61,983 nt of DNA, filler included, from 5 parts of 5 records of this genome joined end to end with filler, not necessarily neighbours in it; one strand, 5' to 3'; positions 38,897 to 52,134 are shown, counted from the first letter of the whole stretch. Numbers and translations: made by a program. The notes: generated from the letters alone by a model not told the origin.

Positions 38897-39988
38897 CTAC
38901 TTAGTCAAAATATAAAATTTACCACTGTCAGTTGAAAGAAGAAGTTCTCCTTTAGGAGACTCTATAACATTTCTTATTCTTTGATGATACTCGCTTAAAA
39001 CTCTTTTTTCTTCTACAAACTCATTGTTTTCATTCATAGTTATAATATTTAGATGAGTAAGTTTTAGTGCTCCAGATAAAAGTTTTCCTTCTAGGCTTTT
39101 AAACAGTCTTCCAGAATAAACTATTAAAGAACTAGGTGCAATAGAAGGTATAAAATACTTTTTTGCTTGTTCCATACCTGCTTTATGAGTTCCTTCTCCT
39201 ACAGAAATAGGAGCCCAATACTCTTTTCCAAAAGAGATAACAGGCCAACCATAGTTTTTACCCTTTTCTATTAAATTAATCTCATCTCCACCTCTAGGAC
39301 CATGTTCTATTGCCCATAAATTCTTACTTTTTTTATCATAAATAATTCCTTGAATATTTCTATGTCCATAAGAGTATATTTCATCTAAAGCATTTGGATT
39401 TTTTATAAAAGGGTTATCGTTGGGAATAGTTCCATCTAAATTTAGTCTTATCACTGTTCCTGCATGGGTTGTTAAATCTTGTCCATTTGGTCTAACTCCC
39501 CTATCACCAACAGTAAAATATAAATGTCCTTCTTCATCAAAGGTTATTCTACTTCCAAAGTGCCTTGAAGTATTACTTGATGATTTGGTTATAAGTAAAT
39601 CTTTCCAGTCTTGAAGTTCATTATTTATAAGTTTTGCTTTTGCTAAAGTTGTTACACCTTTTTTATTTACTTCTTTTACATAAGTAAAATAAAGTGTTCT
39701 GTCTTTATTAAAATTTGGACTTTTTTGTACATCTAATAAACCACCTTGTCCTTTATGATAAACAGTCGGAGTATTTAATAAATATTTGATATCTTTTTTC
39801 TCTAAATTTAATATTCCTATTTCACCATTTGTTTGAGTAAATAAAACCTCTTTTTCATTTAGATAAGTCATACCCCATACTTTACCAAGGTTAGAAACAA
39901 CTGTTTCTAATTTATATTCAAAATTATTAGTATTTGAAAACAAAATACCTGGTAATAAAAAAACCATTAAAACAAAAATTCTTATCAT
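38897..39988 (-). CDS. PQQ-dependent soluble aldose sugar dehydrogenase (YliI-like)
   Basis: GQGGLLDV, HFGSRI, VGDRG, YGHRNIQG and EHGPRGGDEIN motifs. Confidence 0.92.
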   Translation of the reverse strand: MIRIFVLMVFLLPGILFSNTNNFEYKLETVVSNLGKVWGMTYLNEKEVLFTQTNGEIGILNLEKKDIKYLLNTPTVYHKGQGGLLDVQKSPNFNKDRTLYFTYVKEVNKKGVTTLAKAKLINNELQDWKDLLITKSSSNTSRHFGSRITFDEEGHLYFTVGDRGVRPNGQDLTTHAGTVIRLNLDGTIPNDNPFIKNPNALDEIYSYGHRNIQGIIYDKKSKNLWAIEHGPRGGDEINLIEKGKNYGWPVISFGKEYWAPISVGEGTHKAGMEQAKKYFIPSIAPSSLIVYSGRLFKSLEGKLLSGALKLTHLNIITMNENNEFVEEKRVLSEYHQRIRNVIESPKGELLLSTDSGKFYILTK

Positions 39989-40021
39989 AGTAAACTCCTG
40001 TTTAATTAATAATACTTTATA

Positions 40022-40435
40022 TTATAACTTAAAATCTTTATCTTTGATATCTTCTAAGGTAGTATTTTCATACATTTTTCTAATTAAAGCTCTAGGCTCA
40101 ACCCATTTATCATGTAATGCACACTTGTTATTACAATCACAATGACCTATCCCTAAGATACAAGTATTGTCTTCTTCTAAGTCCTTAAATGTTTCCAAAA
40201 TATCTTTAATACTAGTTTTAGAAGGATCTGCTATTAGTTCATATCCCCCTTCTCTACCTTTTATTGAGTTAACAAACTTTGCATTTACTAGTTCAATCAT
40301 TATTTTTGTTAAAAATTTATAAGGAATACCTAATATCTCTGATAACTCTTTTGCACTATATAGTTTTTCATTTCCATTATCAGCGATATAACATAATATT
40401 CTTATTGCATATTTTGTTGTGTTGTGTAGTTGCAT
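40022..40435 (-). CDS. Rrf2-family transcriptional regulator (Fe-S ligands present)
   Basis: TKYAIR, PYKFLTKI, GREGGY and CILGIGHCDCNNKCALHDKW motifs. Confidence 0.93.
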   Translation of the reverse strand: MQLHNTTKYAIRILCYIADNGNEKLYSAKELSEILGIPYKFLTKIMIELVNAKFVNSIKGREGGYELIADPSKTSIKDILETFKDLEEDNTCILGIGHCDCNNKCALHDKWVEPRALIRKMYENTTLEDIKDKDFKL

Positions 40436-40490
40436 TTATTCCCTTTACTTTTCTCATTTTACATAATTTTCTATTAAACCATAAAAAACA

Positions 40491-40569
40491 TTTTAAATTC
40501 TACTTTAAGGTAGAATTTAAATATTCAATGATAATATTCCAAAATACTACCTTAAAGTAGAATTTAAAA
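40491..40569. promoter_or_regulatory. Duplicated palindromic operator between rrf2 and norC
   Basis: TTTAAATTCTAC-TTTAAG-GTAGAATTTAAA (40492-40521); 40547-40569 is an exact 23-bp reverse complement of 40491-40513. Confidence 0.8.
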
Positions 40570-40579
40570 AGGAGTTAGA

Positions 40580-42417
<1,838 letters not shown>

Positions 42418-42426
42418 AGAAGAAAA

Positions 42427-43573
42427 ATGGAAGAGTATATCGGAAAAGTTTGGGATAAATATATTACTAAAAAAGCAAGAAAAAACTTTGAAGAACAAAC
42501 GGTTTTCTTTGAAGACAATAAAAAAGTATTAAGAATTTTTTATCACCTTTTAGGAGGTGATAAAACAAAAGAACTTTATATAACTGATAAACGTTCCATT
42601 TTTAAAAAAAGAAGAAGTCTAAGTGAAAAGATTTCTGGAGTAGGAAAAGAGTTTTATCTTCCATGGCAAGATGAAGAGGCTCTTTACCTCCCTCCTTCTA
42701 TTTCATACTTTAAAGATGAAAAATCAAATCAACTTCTATATTTTTGGCTTATTGCAATGATGAGTAATATAGATGTAAATAAAAAGAACATCATCTCTAG
42801 TAATATTAAAACAACAAAATATCTATTATCTAAATATGAAGGTTTTCAAGAGTTTTATTATAACTGTTCAAATGAAATCTTTGAACAATATGAAGAACTA
42901 GAATTTATAAAAGAGTTAGATGAAAATAGTGCTAAAAATATTTTAGAAATACAACCTTTTTACATGTGGATTTATCCATCTTTAAAAATGAAAAAAACTA
43001 TTGAAAAATTTGAAGAAGATGAACCTTATAGAAATAAAGAACAAAAAGATAAAACAGAAACCTTACTTATGAAAAAAAAGGTTGAGAAAATTGATGATAA
43101 ATCAAAAACTGATGGGCTTTTGGTATTTTTACCTGAAGGACTAATGAGTATTTTAGAAAGAGTAAATGTTGATAGAAGTGAAGATGATAGTTTTGATGAA
43201 AATGCCCTATTCAATGCACAGGATTTAGATGAAATAACAATTGGAAGAAAAAAAGCAAATCTAAACGCAAGAATAAAAATGGATTTAGATATTGAAAGTG
43301 ATGTAATTGAAGAGTATCCAATAAAATCCAACTTTTCATTAGATGAATGGGATTATAAAAAACAGAAATATTTAGAAAACTTTGTTAATATAAATCCAAT
43401 ATTTACAAAAAATATAAAAGCTATAAAACTTCCTACAAGATTGAAAAAAATAACAAATCAAGTTCAGCATGAACTAGATTTAATGCAACTAGATAAGATA
43501 AAAAGAACTAATCTTGATTGTGGTGATGAAATAAATCTAAACACATGGATTGATTATAAAAGTTCAAAAGATA
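42427..43573 (+). CDS. norD: NorD/CbbO-type accessory protein (3' truncated)
   Basis: MEEYIGKVWD start, LYLPP.I...N..LYFWL and DEWDYK motifs; the vWA part lies beyond the contig end. Confidence 0.8.
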
Positions 43574-43673
43574 NNNNNNNNNNNNNNNNNNNNNNNNNNN
43601 NNNNNNNNNNNNNNNNNTTAATTAATTAANNNNNNNNNNNNNNNNNNNNNNNNNNNNNNNNNNNNNNNNNNNN
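43574..43673. other. Artificial contig spacer
   Basis: N-run + TTAATTAATTAA + N-run. Confidence 0.97.
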
Positions 43674-45045
43674 TACCCGTCTGGCCTTAGCTTTCTTAGG
43701 CAGATACAAGGGGGGGGCCGCCAAAGCCGCTGTCATGGCCAGTGGTGCCACGGGGCTGGTGTCCGGAAGCAGCATCGCCAATATTGTCACCACCGGCCCT
43801 TTCACCATCCCGTTGATGAAAAAAATAGGCTACCCGGCGAAAAAGGCGGCGGCAATTGAAGTTGCGGCCAGTACGGACGGTCAGTTGATGCCGCCCATCA
43901 TGGGCGCCGCCGCTTTTATTATTGCCGAATATGTGAATGTCCCCTATCTGGAGGTGGTGAAGGCCGCTGCCATTCCGGCACTGGCCTCTTATTTCGGGCT
44001 GTTCTGTATTACTCACCTGGAGGCTTCAAAGCTGGGGATCAAGGGCCTTTCACCACCGGATATCCCGAGGTTTTTTAAAACCCTTAAGGAGGGGGTCCAC
44101 TATTTGATTCCTCTGGGTATGCTGCTCTATGAACTGGTCTGGTTGCGGCATACCCCTGAGATGGCGGCTTTCAGATCGCTTCTGCTCCTGTTTCCGGTGA
44201 TTTTCTACCAGGAGATTAAGAAGGCTGTACAAGAAAAAAAAAGTGTTAAAGGAGCGATTCAGGAGAGCTTCAGGATTATTCTGAGCGGTTTCGTGCAAGG
44301 CTCCAAGAATATGATGGCGGTGGCCCTTGCCTGCGCCTGTGCCGGCATCATTGTGGGGGTGGTCAACATGGGGATCGGAGGGATGATTTCGGGAATTGTC
44401 GAGTTTCTCTCCGGTGGAAACATCTTCCTGTTGCTGCTCATTTCAGCCTTTGCAAGCCTCATGATCGGCATGGGTTTGCCCACGACCGCCACATATATCG
44501 TCATGGCCTCATTGACCGCGCCCATCATTGTTGAAGTGGGCGGTTTGTACGACCTTGTGATACCCCTGATGGCGGCGCATCTGTTCTGTTTCTATTTCGG
44601 CATACTGGCCGATGATACGCCGCCGGTGGGTCTTGCCGCCTATGCGGCTTCCGCCATTGCGGAATCGGAACCCATCCCCACCGGCATCCAGGGGTTTTTG
44701 TATGATATAAGGACCTCCTGCATCGCTTTTATGTTCGTCTTTAATCCGGATCTGATACTCCACGGCATCAGCAGCTGGCCCCGGGCCCTCTTGATATTTG
44801 TCATGGCCCTCGTGGGCATGTCGGCCTTTGAATGCTTTGCCCAGGGGTGGTGTCTGACCCGAAACCGGTGGTATGAAATCCCTTTCCTGATCGGGGCGGC
44901 CTTCATATTATTCCATCCCGGTGCCGTTACCGCCTTTTTCCATGTGGATATGGCACTGAAATATTATTTCTTTTCCCTGGGTCTGGTTATTTACGGCCTC
45001 GTGATTTTCTCCCAGAAGATGAGATTGAAGCGGATAGAAGCCTGA
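43674..45045 (+). CDS. TAXI-type TRAP transporter fused permease (5' truncated)
   Basis: GSSIANIVTTGPFTIPLMK, QLMPPIMGAAAF, GMGLPTTATY and ADDTPPVGLAA motifs. Confidence 0.93.
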
Positions 45046-45272
45046 AACACTATCTCAATAAACCCGTCCTGTTAATCGGTTTTTAGACAGGTATCTCGGC
45101 TTCGGCAAATTTATTTCAATAAATGAAAATGTCTTGACTTTTTTATCTGATAGAGAAAATTTGACACATGATTGTGAAGATACCTTGAAGAATATGTTTC
45201 AGCCCAGCAATTGGCCTATGCGCTCTTTCGGGTGTCGCCTTACAGTACGGGCATATCAAAGGCCATACGAAC

Positions 45273-45338
45273 ATTCGAGGACACCTTATTTGTCTATGGG
45301 AGGATAAATTCCTCTATTCAGTGAGCTTCCCCCGGAAT
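45273..45338. repeat. REP-like palindromic repeat, copy 1
   Basis: 45273-45313 matches 48462-48502 at 37 of 41 nt; the right arm is degenerate. Confidence 0.7.
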
Positions 45339-45383
45339 TGGGACGGAATTGGGCATCCTGATCTTTTTGAAAGTCGAATAATT

Positions 45384-47138
45384 ATGGCCATAAAAAAATC
45401 TGAACTCTATTCATCGCTTTGGGCAAGCTGTGATGAACTACGTGGCGGCATGGACGCCAGTCAGTACAAGGATTATGTCCTGTTCATGCTGTTCATCAAG
45501 TACATTTCGGATAAGTACGTGGACTCCGATGATTTCGCGCCGCCGGTCAACATTCCAAAGGGTGCGAGCTTCAAGGACATGCTTCATCTCCGTGGCAGGC
45601 GGCGACCGGATCAACACCCAGGTCATACAGCCGCTGATCGACAGGAACTCACGTCTGGCCCGCAGTGATTTTCCCGATTTTAACGATCCCAATAAACTTG
45701 GGGAAGGCAAGGCCATGGTGGACCGCCTCACCAACCTGATCAATATTTTCAACCGTCCGTCTCTGGATTTTTCGAAGAACCGGGCGGATCACGATGATAT
45801 CCTTGGGGATGCCTACGAATATCTGATGCGGCATTTTGCCCAGGAGAGCGGCAAAAGCAAGGGGCAGTTCTATACGCCGGCCGAGGTCAGCCGTGTAATT
45901 GCCAGGGTCATCGGGATTTCTCCGGAAAAGGTCGTCGCCTCAACCACGGCCTACGATCCCACCTGCGGATCGGGCTCTTTGTTGTTAAAAATTGCCGCAG
46001 AGGCAGGTAAGAACATCACACTGGAGGGGCAGGAAAAGGATGTCACCACAGCGGGTCTTGCCCGCATGAACATGATCCTGCATGATTTCCCAACCGCCAA
46101 CATCCTGAACGGCAACACACTGGCTTTACCAAAATTCAAGGATGGCGAAAACCTCAAGACCTACGACTTTGTGGTGGCCAATCCCCCGTTTTCCGATAAA
46201 ACCTGGAGTACGGGTCTCACGCCTTCCCTTGACCCCTATCAACGCTTTACGTGGGGCGAGCCGCCCGCAAAGGAATCTTCATGATCGACGCCTCCAGGGG
46301 CTTTATCAAGGACGGAAACAAGAACCGCCTGCGAGAGCGGGACATCCAAAAGATCCTTGATATTTTTAACAAACAAGAGGATCGCCCGCGTTTTTCCCGC
46401 ATGGTGCCATTCAATGAGATCGCCGATTCCAAGAACGACTACAATCTCAACCTGCCGCGGTACATCGACGGCTCTGAACCGGAAGACATCCAGGATATGG
46501 ACGGGCACTTGCGGGGCGGGATTCCCGAACGTGACATTGACGATCTTGACGCCTACTGGCAGGTGATTCCCGGTGTTCGAAGCATGTTGTTTGAGAGTGC
46601 CGGACGTACCGGCTATTTTCAACTGACCCATCCCATAACCGAGGTGAAGTCCGCCATTCTGGAGCACGGCGAATTCGCGTCCTTCAACTCTCTCGTGACG
46701 GACATCTTCAACAAGTGGCTTACCGCGAACAAGCCCCGGTTGAAGGGGTTTGATAAAAAGGGGCATCCCAAACAGCTCATAGCGACCATTGCGGAAGACC
46801 TTCTTAACACCTTCCGCGAAGCCCCACTGATGGATGCCTACGATGTTTACCAGCACTTGATGGATTACTGGGCGGACACCATGCAGGACGACTTTTATCT
46901 CATTGCCGCCGATGGATGGAAGGCCGAAACCCACCGGGTGCTGGAGGAGGTCAAGAGCGGAACCAAAAAAGGCGAGATGAAGGACAAAGGCTGGGCCTGC
47001 GACCTGATTCCCAAGCCCTACATTATCGCCCGATATTTTGCCAAGGAACAGGCTGAACTGGATGAACTACAGAGTCAACTGGAGGCTGTCGGTGCCGGTC
47101 TAACCGAATTGGCGGAAGAACACGGAGGCGATGAAGGG
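45384..47138 (+). pseudogene. hsdM: Type I R-M methyltransferase HsdM broken into three frames
   Basis: MAIKKSELYSSLWASCDELRGGMD from 45384; frame change near 45590; YDPTCGSG and NPPF motifs; frame change/deletion near 46270; C-terminus lost after EEHGGDEG. Confidence 0.9.
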
Positions 47139-47744
47139 ATTCAGCGCGTCGAGCGTTTTCCCGTGCCCCGGCCCGCCCTGCGCGAGGCAGTGCTCAATGC
47201 TCTGGTACACCGCGTTTACGCAGTGCCCGCGCCGGTGCAGATTCGTGTCTATGAAGACAGACTGAGCATCTGGAACCCGGCACTTCTGCCGCGGGGCTGG
47301 ACCGTGGAGAAACTGCGGGGTGAACATGCGTCCATTCCGTTCAATCCGGATATGGCCAATGCCTTTTTCCGTGCCGGGGAAATCGAGGCATGGGGTCGGG
47401 GTATCCATCAGATTTTTCAGTCCTGTCTGGATGCCGGTGGCCCGGAACCCCGATTGCACTATGAACCCAACGAACTTTTGTTGGAATTTCCATTTTCGGA
47501 GAACTATCTGCGCGCTTTGGATTTACATCAAGCCGCTGAAGGGGACATGGAAGCTTCGGTGAAAACTTCGGAAGCGTTGCTCAAATTGCTCGAACGGAAT
47601 CCGAAAATGACCCTGGCCGAAGCGGCCGCCCACATCGGTCGTACCGTGAGGGCGGTCGAGATGGCGAGCGCGAAACTGGTGAAAGCCGGAAAACTGCGCT
47701 ATGTGGGACCGCAGAAAGGCGGGCATTGGGAGGTGATCCCGTGA
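47130..47744 (+). pseudogene. C-terminal HATPase_c_4 (RecG-C-like) + wHTH fragment fused in frame to the HsdM remnant
   Basis: ALREAVLNALVHR.Y, IRVYEDRLSIWNP, NPDMANAF...IEAWGRG and [10 protein letters not shown] motifs. Confidence 0.8.
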
Positions 47745-48460
47745 CTGAACAAACCAGATCGGAACGGCTGACCCAAAATCGAGTGGTTGCCCTGTTCACA
47801 GAGGAAGACCGGGCGGATTGCCTGGGCTACCGCCATCTCGGGGATTGGCACCAGCGGGATAACAACCGCCCCATTGAGGTGGCCTTGCTGAGGAAGAACC
47901 TCAAAGCACGCGGCTATTCCGACGCCCATATTTCCGCGACCCTGCAGAAGCTGGTGACTGCCGCCGACACAACGGGCGTGACGCTCTATCAGGCCAATAT
48001 GCGGACCTATCAGCTATTGCGCTACGGGGTCCAGGTGCAGATTGCCGCCGGGAATGCCCATGAGACGGTCCACCTGATTGATTGGGAGTATCCGGAGAAA
48101 AACGACTATGCCCTGGCCGAGGAAGTGACCCTCAAAGGCGGCTATGAACGTCGTCCCGATTTGGTGTTGCACCTGAACGGCTTAGCCATCGGCGTGATTG
48201 AACTGAAGCGTGCTTCGGTAGAGGTAGCCGATGGTGTGAGGCAACTCATCACCAACCAGGAAGAAATCTTCAACAAACGATTTTTCAGCACGGTTCAGTT
48301 TGTCATTGCGGGCAGTGACTCCCAGGGCCTGCGCTATGGCACCACCGGCACCCCGGAACAGTTCTTTGTCCAATGGAAGGATGAAACGGGCAGCCTCGAT
48401 GACAGCGCCGTGGGCACGGGCGATTACCTGGACAAGCAGCTGGCGCAGCTGTGCAACGTA
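47741..48460 (+). pseudogene. hsdR: Type I restriction endonuclease HsdR, N-terminal fragment only
   Basis: GTG start overlapping the upstream [17 protein letters not shown]...RRPDLV...IELK and GLRYGT motifs; HsdR-like sequence ends at LAQLC, with no helicase domain. Confidence 0.88.
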
Positions 48461-48461
48461 T

Positions 48462-48526
48462 ATTCGGGGACACCTTATTTATCTATGGGAGGATGCATTC
48501 CTGAATTAAATAAGATGTCTTCGAAT
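48462..48526. repeat. REP-like palindromic repeat, copy 2
   Basis: ATTCGGGGACACCTTATTTA ... TAAATAAGATGTCTTCGAAT, a 20-bp imperfect stem. Confidence 0.75.
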
Positions 48527-48547
48527 TCCTATCAGCCCCCTGAAACT

Positions 48548-49531
48548 CTATTTCATTAAACCTTTCTCTCGATAGTATTTCATGGCACCCGGATGGATGG
48601 GGGCGGACAGCCCTTGCAGCATCCCTGCAGGCGTCAGGACCTCGTAGGCCGGGTGAAGCTTCTTAAATTGATCCAGGTTTTCAAAGACCTCCTTCGTGAT
48701 GGCATAGACCATTTCATCCGGGACCTTGGATGAGGTGACAAAGGTGGCTTTGACGCCGAATGTGGGGACATCTTTTTGATTAACGGCCCCGGGATAGAAT
48801 TTGATGGGGATGACGGCCGGTGCATAATAGGGGTATTGGGTGAGAAGCGCCTTGGTATCGGTAATGGGGACAATGCTTACTTTCCTGTTTCCCGCCGTGG
48901 CTTCCTTGATGGCGCCGCTGGGGTGCCCAACCGTGTAAAAAAACGCATCGATACGGCCGTCCTGAAGAAGGCCGGCTGCTTCGGATGCCTTGACCTGTTC
49001 CGCGTGAAGATCTTTTTTATAATCAATGCCCGCGGCTGAAAGTGCATCAATGGCGTTTTGCCGTTGTCCGGAACCGGGGTTTCCGATGTTGACCCGTTTG
49101 CCCCGGAGATCATTGATGGTTTTAATGCCGGCATCCTGGGCCGCCACCAGGGTAACGGCTTCCGGATGGATGCTGAAGATGGCCCTCAAATCTTCCTGTG
49201 GCCCTGTGTCTTTCCATTCCGCCTTCCCTTGGGTGGCCTGATACTGGCGATCCGACTGCACAATGCCGAAATCCAGATCCCCCGCCATGACGGCGTTCAC
49301 GTTAAAGACGCTTCCCGCCGTGGATTCCACGGTGCAGCGGATACCGTAGACTTTCCGTTTTTTGTTGATCATTTTGCTGATGGCGCCGCCCGTGGGGTAA
49401 TAAACCCCCGTAATCCCCCCTGTGCCGATGGTGGCAAAGCGGGTTTTTGCCTCCGAGGAGGGCGGGAATAGTCCGGCGGTGCAAATTACTCCGAAACAAA
49501 TCAAGGTGGTCAGTATCATTGTTTTTCTCAT
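48548..49531 (-). CDS. TAXI-family TRAP solute-binding protein
   Basis: [30 protein letters not shown] and PIHPGA..YY motifs. Confidence 0.95.
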   Translation of the reverse strand: MRKTMILTTLICFGVICTAGLFPPSSEAKTRFATIGTGGITGVYYPTGGAISKMINKKRKVYGIRCTVESTAGSVFNVNAVMAGDLDFGIVQSDRQYQATQGKAEWKDTGPQEDLRAIFSIHPEAVTLVAAQDAGIKTINDLRGKRVNIGNPGSGQRQNAIDALSAAGIDYKKDLHAEQVKASEAAGLLQDGRIDAFFYTVGHPSGAIKEATAGNRKVSIVPITDTKALLTQYPYYAPAVIPIKFYPGAVNQKDVPTFGVKATFVTSSKVPDEMVYAITKEVFENLDQFKKLHPAYEVLTPAGMLQGLSAPIHPGAMKYYREKGLMK

Positions 49532-49602
49532 GGCATTCCTCCTTTAACCGTTTACGATTCTTAAACATTTTAAAGCGGAAACCGATAACCGTCAACCGTT
49601 TT

Positions 49603-50370
49603 TCATCCCGTCTTGTTTTTGCCGCCCCGGGTTAAAAAAGCGTGCACCTTTGGATCTTCACATTCTGTTTTCAGGTGCCTGGGGTCTCCGCTGGCGATCA
49701 TGGTTTTGGTTTCCGCATCCAGGTACACGCAGTTGTCGGCCACCGAAAAAATGCTGGGCAGTTCATGGGTCACCATGACCATGGTGGCGCCCAGACTGTC
49801 TCTGAGTTCAACAATGAGGTCGTCCAGAAGCGAGGAGGTTACGGGATCGAGGCCGGCAGAGGGTTCGTCAAAGAAGAGAAATTCGGGGTCAAGTGCCAGT
49901 GCGCGGGCCACACCCGCCCGTTTTCGCATGCCGCCGCTGATTTCGGAAGGGTAGTAATCTTCAAAGCCGGCGAGCCCCACCAGGGCCAGTTTCAAGGAAG
50001 ACAGTTCTCTGATTTCCCGAGGGGTAAGATCGTAGAATTCCCCCAGGGGCAACCCCACATTTTCAGCCAGGGTCATGGAACTCCAAAGGGCCCCGCTCTG
50101 GTAGACGATGCCGATGTTGCGGGCCATTTGATCTCTCACTTCCTGTCCCGCTTCCCAGAAACTGACGTCCCCTAGAAAAACCTGGCCCTTTGCGGGTTCC
50201 TTAAGCCCGGTCAGGCAGCGCATGACGGTGGTTTTACCGCAACCGCTCCCCCCCATGAGTACGAAGATTTCCCCCCGGTTAACGGTGAAATTGAGATCCC
50301 GTTGAATCACGAAATCGCCGTAAGCGATCTCCAGGTTTTTTGCGGTAATGGCGGGCGTCTTTTCGAACAT
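49603..50370 (-). CDS. mlaF: MlaF-like ABC ATPase
   Basis: GGSGCGKT, SGGMRKRAG.ARALALDP and DEPSAGLDP motifs. Confidence 0.88.
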   Translation of the reverse strand: MFEKTPAITAKNLEIAYGDFVIQRDLNFTVNRGEIFVLMGGSGCGKTTVMRCLTGLKEPAKGQVFLGDVSFWEAGQEVRDQMARNIGIVYQSGALWSSMTLAENVGLPLGEFYDLTPREIRELSSLKLALVGLAGFEDYYPSEISGGMRKRAGVARALALDPEFLFFDEPSAGLDPVTSSLLDDLIVELRDSLGATMVMVTHELPSIFSVADNCVYLDAETKTMIASGDPRHLKTECEDPKVHAFLTRGGKNKTG

Positions 50371-50400
50371 GGCTATGGCTGCACGGAAAATAGTATAAAA

Positions 50401-51009
50401 TTAAGGTTTTGTCTGAATGCTCTCGGCGATTTCACGGCTTAAAGCCTCAACCAGACGGCTCTGGGCCCCCACCAGTTCGGCGTAGTCCGTGGGCGCCTTT
50501 TTTGCCTTGAAACGCGATTTACGGGTGACCTGGATTTTGCACTCTTTGCCCTTAAGGATTGACCACTGTGCCGTCAGATGCACCTCCCCATCCAGGCTGC
50601 CGTCCATTTGCACGATTTCAACACTGACCTGGTAGTCCACCGGGGATGGGCATTTAAAAGGGAAAATCGCAAACTGCTCCGCCGGAAGCAGGCGGGAGAG
50701 GTTCAGGGCCAGTATGTTGGTGAGGTTGTTCCGAAGGGGTTCCCCCCATTGGTTCAAATCGGCCAGGTGGATTTCATTTTCGCTCACCCGGGTGACAATT
50801 TCATGCCGATCCAGATATCCCGGGATGACAACGGCATCCACGCGGACAACCGTTTGCCGGTGGCTTTGTCTAACCCCTGTTTCAAGGTCCGGAGCGGGTA
50901 ATGGACTCAATAGATAGAACTTGGTGGGCGGGCTTGTGCCGCATCCCAAAGGGGAGAGGCATAATGTAATGAGAAAAAAGGTTTTGAGAAAAGGAAACAA
51001 GCGATGCAT
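50401..51009 (-). CDS. PqiC-like ABC auxiliary lipoprotein
   Basis: LGC lipobox; FYLLS, IPGYLDR.EIVTR and WGEPL motifs. Confidence 0.85.
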   Translation of the reverse strand: MHRLFPFLKTFFLITLCLSPLGCGTSPPTKFYLLSPLPAPDLETGVRQSHRQTVVRVDAVVIPGYLDRHEIVTRVSENEIHLADLNQWGEPLRNNLTNILALNLSRLLPAEQFAIFPFKCPSPVDYQVSVEIVQMDGSLDGEVHLTAQWSILKGKECKIQVTRKSRFKAKKAPTDYAELVGAQSRLVEALSREIAESIQTKP

Positions 51010-51013
51010 GACT

Positions 51014-52069
51014 TTACCTCCTCTGAAGCCCGCTTTTTCCCCGGAGCAGGGCTTCGGGATGACGTGACAGGTAATCGGCCAGGGACCGGATGGAACGTGC
51101 CATTTCGGAAAATTCCCGAAGGGTGTTATCCAGTTGGTTCAAAAGGGGAGAATCCTTGTCAAGCCGGCTTTGAAGCACCTCCAGGGTTTCCCTGGCCTGA
51201 TCCATGGCTTGATGGGATGCTTCAAGGCCCTTGGCGATTTTTACGGCAAGGGTTTCCAGCCTTTTCTCCATGTTTTTGACCAGTTTTCTGGCATCCTTCA
51301 CGGTATGATTGGCATTTTCCATCAGGGGGTCCACCTGAGCGTTCACATTGGTGGCGATTTTCTTGTATTCCGCTAGCGTATCATCCACTCTCTCCGCCAG
51401 TGGGGCCACACGGCTGTCCACATCATTGATCAATTTGCGGGCATCTGTCAGTGCCAGGTTGGTGGAATGGAGTATCTCGGGAATTTCCGGGGATTTAAGG
51501 ATTTTTTCGAAGGTCTTGACGGCGGATATAAGGCTTTTAAGGGCTTCTTCAAGGGGAAGATTCTTAAGTGTGTCGAAAATACGCTGGAATGTGGATGGAA
51601 TGGTCGGCATCTCCAAATACTTACTGCTAAGCCCCACGAGTTTAACAGGCGTATCGGGATAATAGTCCAGTTCGATAATGAGTTGGCCCGTGATCAGGCT
51701 GCCCATGGTTAGTTGGGCCCGCAAACCCCTTTCAATGAGCAGCGGCAGGGTTTTTTCAATGACCAGACGTTTGCCTTTGATCAGCCTTATTTTGTCGGGA
51801 TCGATTTCGATGAGGACCGGCACGTAAAAGGTCAGGGTTTTCATATTGGCCTCAACCTTAATACTTTTCACCGATCCGATTTTCACACCGCCGATAAGCA
51901 CCGGGGCCCCCACATTCAATCCTTTCACCGATCCCTCGAAAAAAAGCACGAATTCCTGTGTTTTTTTCATGAACTTTCCGCCGCCGAACACCATGAGGCC
52001 GGCCACAATGAGAACCACCGCTCCCACCACAAAAGCGCCGATAAGGGTTTTGTTTGCCTTTCCGTTCAT
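51014..52069 (-). CDS. MCE/MlaD-family protein with long helical tail (PqiB-like C-terminus)
   Basis: IGAFVVGA, SVKGLNVGAPV...G.V, GLRAQL...LITG and L.RHPEALLRGK motifs. Confidence 0.9.
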   Translation of the reverse strand: MNGKANKTLIGAFVVGAVVLIVAGLMVFGGGKFMKKTQEFVLFFEGSVKGLNVGAPVLIGGVKIGSVKSIKVEANMKTLTFYVPVLIEIDPDKIRLIKGKRLVIEKTLPLLIERGLRAQLTMGSLITGQLIIELDYYPDTPVKLVGLSSKYLEMPTIPSTFQRIFDTLKNLPLEEALKSLISAVKTFEKILKSPEIPEILHSTNLALTDARKLINDVDSRVAPLAERVDDTLAEYKKIATNVNAQVDPLMENANHTVKDARKLVKNMEKRLETLAVKIAKGLEASHQAMDQARETLEVLQSRLDKDSPLLNQLDNTLREFSEMARSIRSLADYLSRHPEALLRGKSGLQRR

Positions 52070-52134
52070 CGTTTAACGGTCTCCCGAATTTCCAGCCTGC
52101 TTTTCTATTTTTTTTGTTTTCCCGTATAAAGACA

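Noticed and set aside
45580-46290. Programmed frameshifting or phase variation of hsdM
   Set aside because: No slippery or homopolymer tract at either junction, and conserved coding sequence is missing, which indicates deletion
46251-47744. Novel natural methyltransferase-ATPase defence protein
   Set aside because: Lacks both MTase catalytic motifs and the partner's N-terminus; the junction has microhomology, so a deletion product is the better explanation
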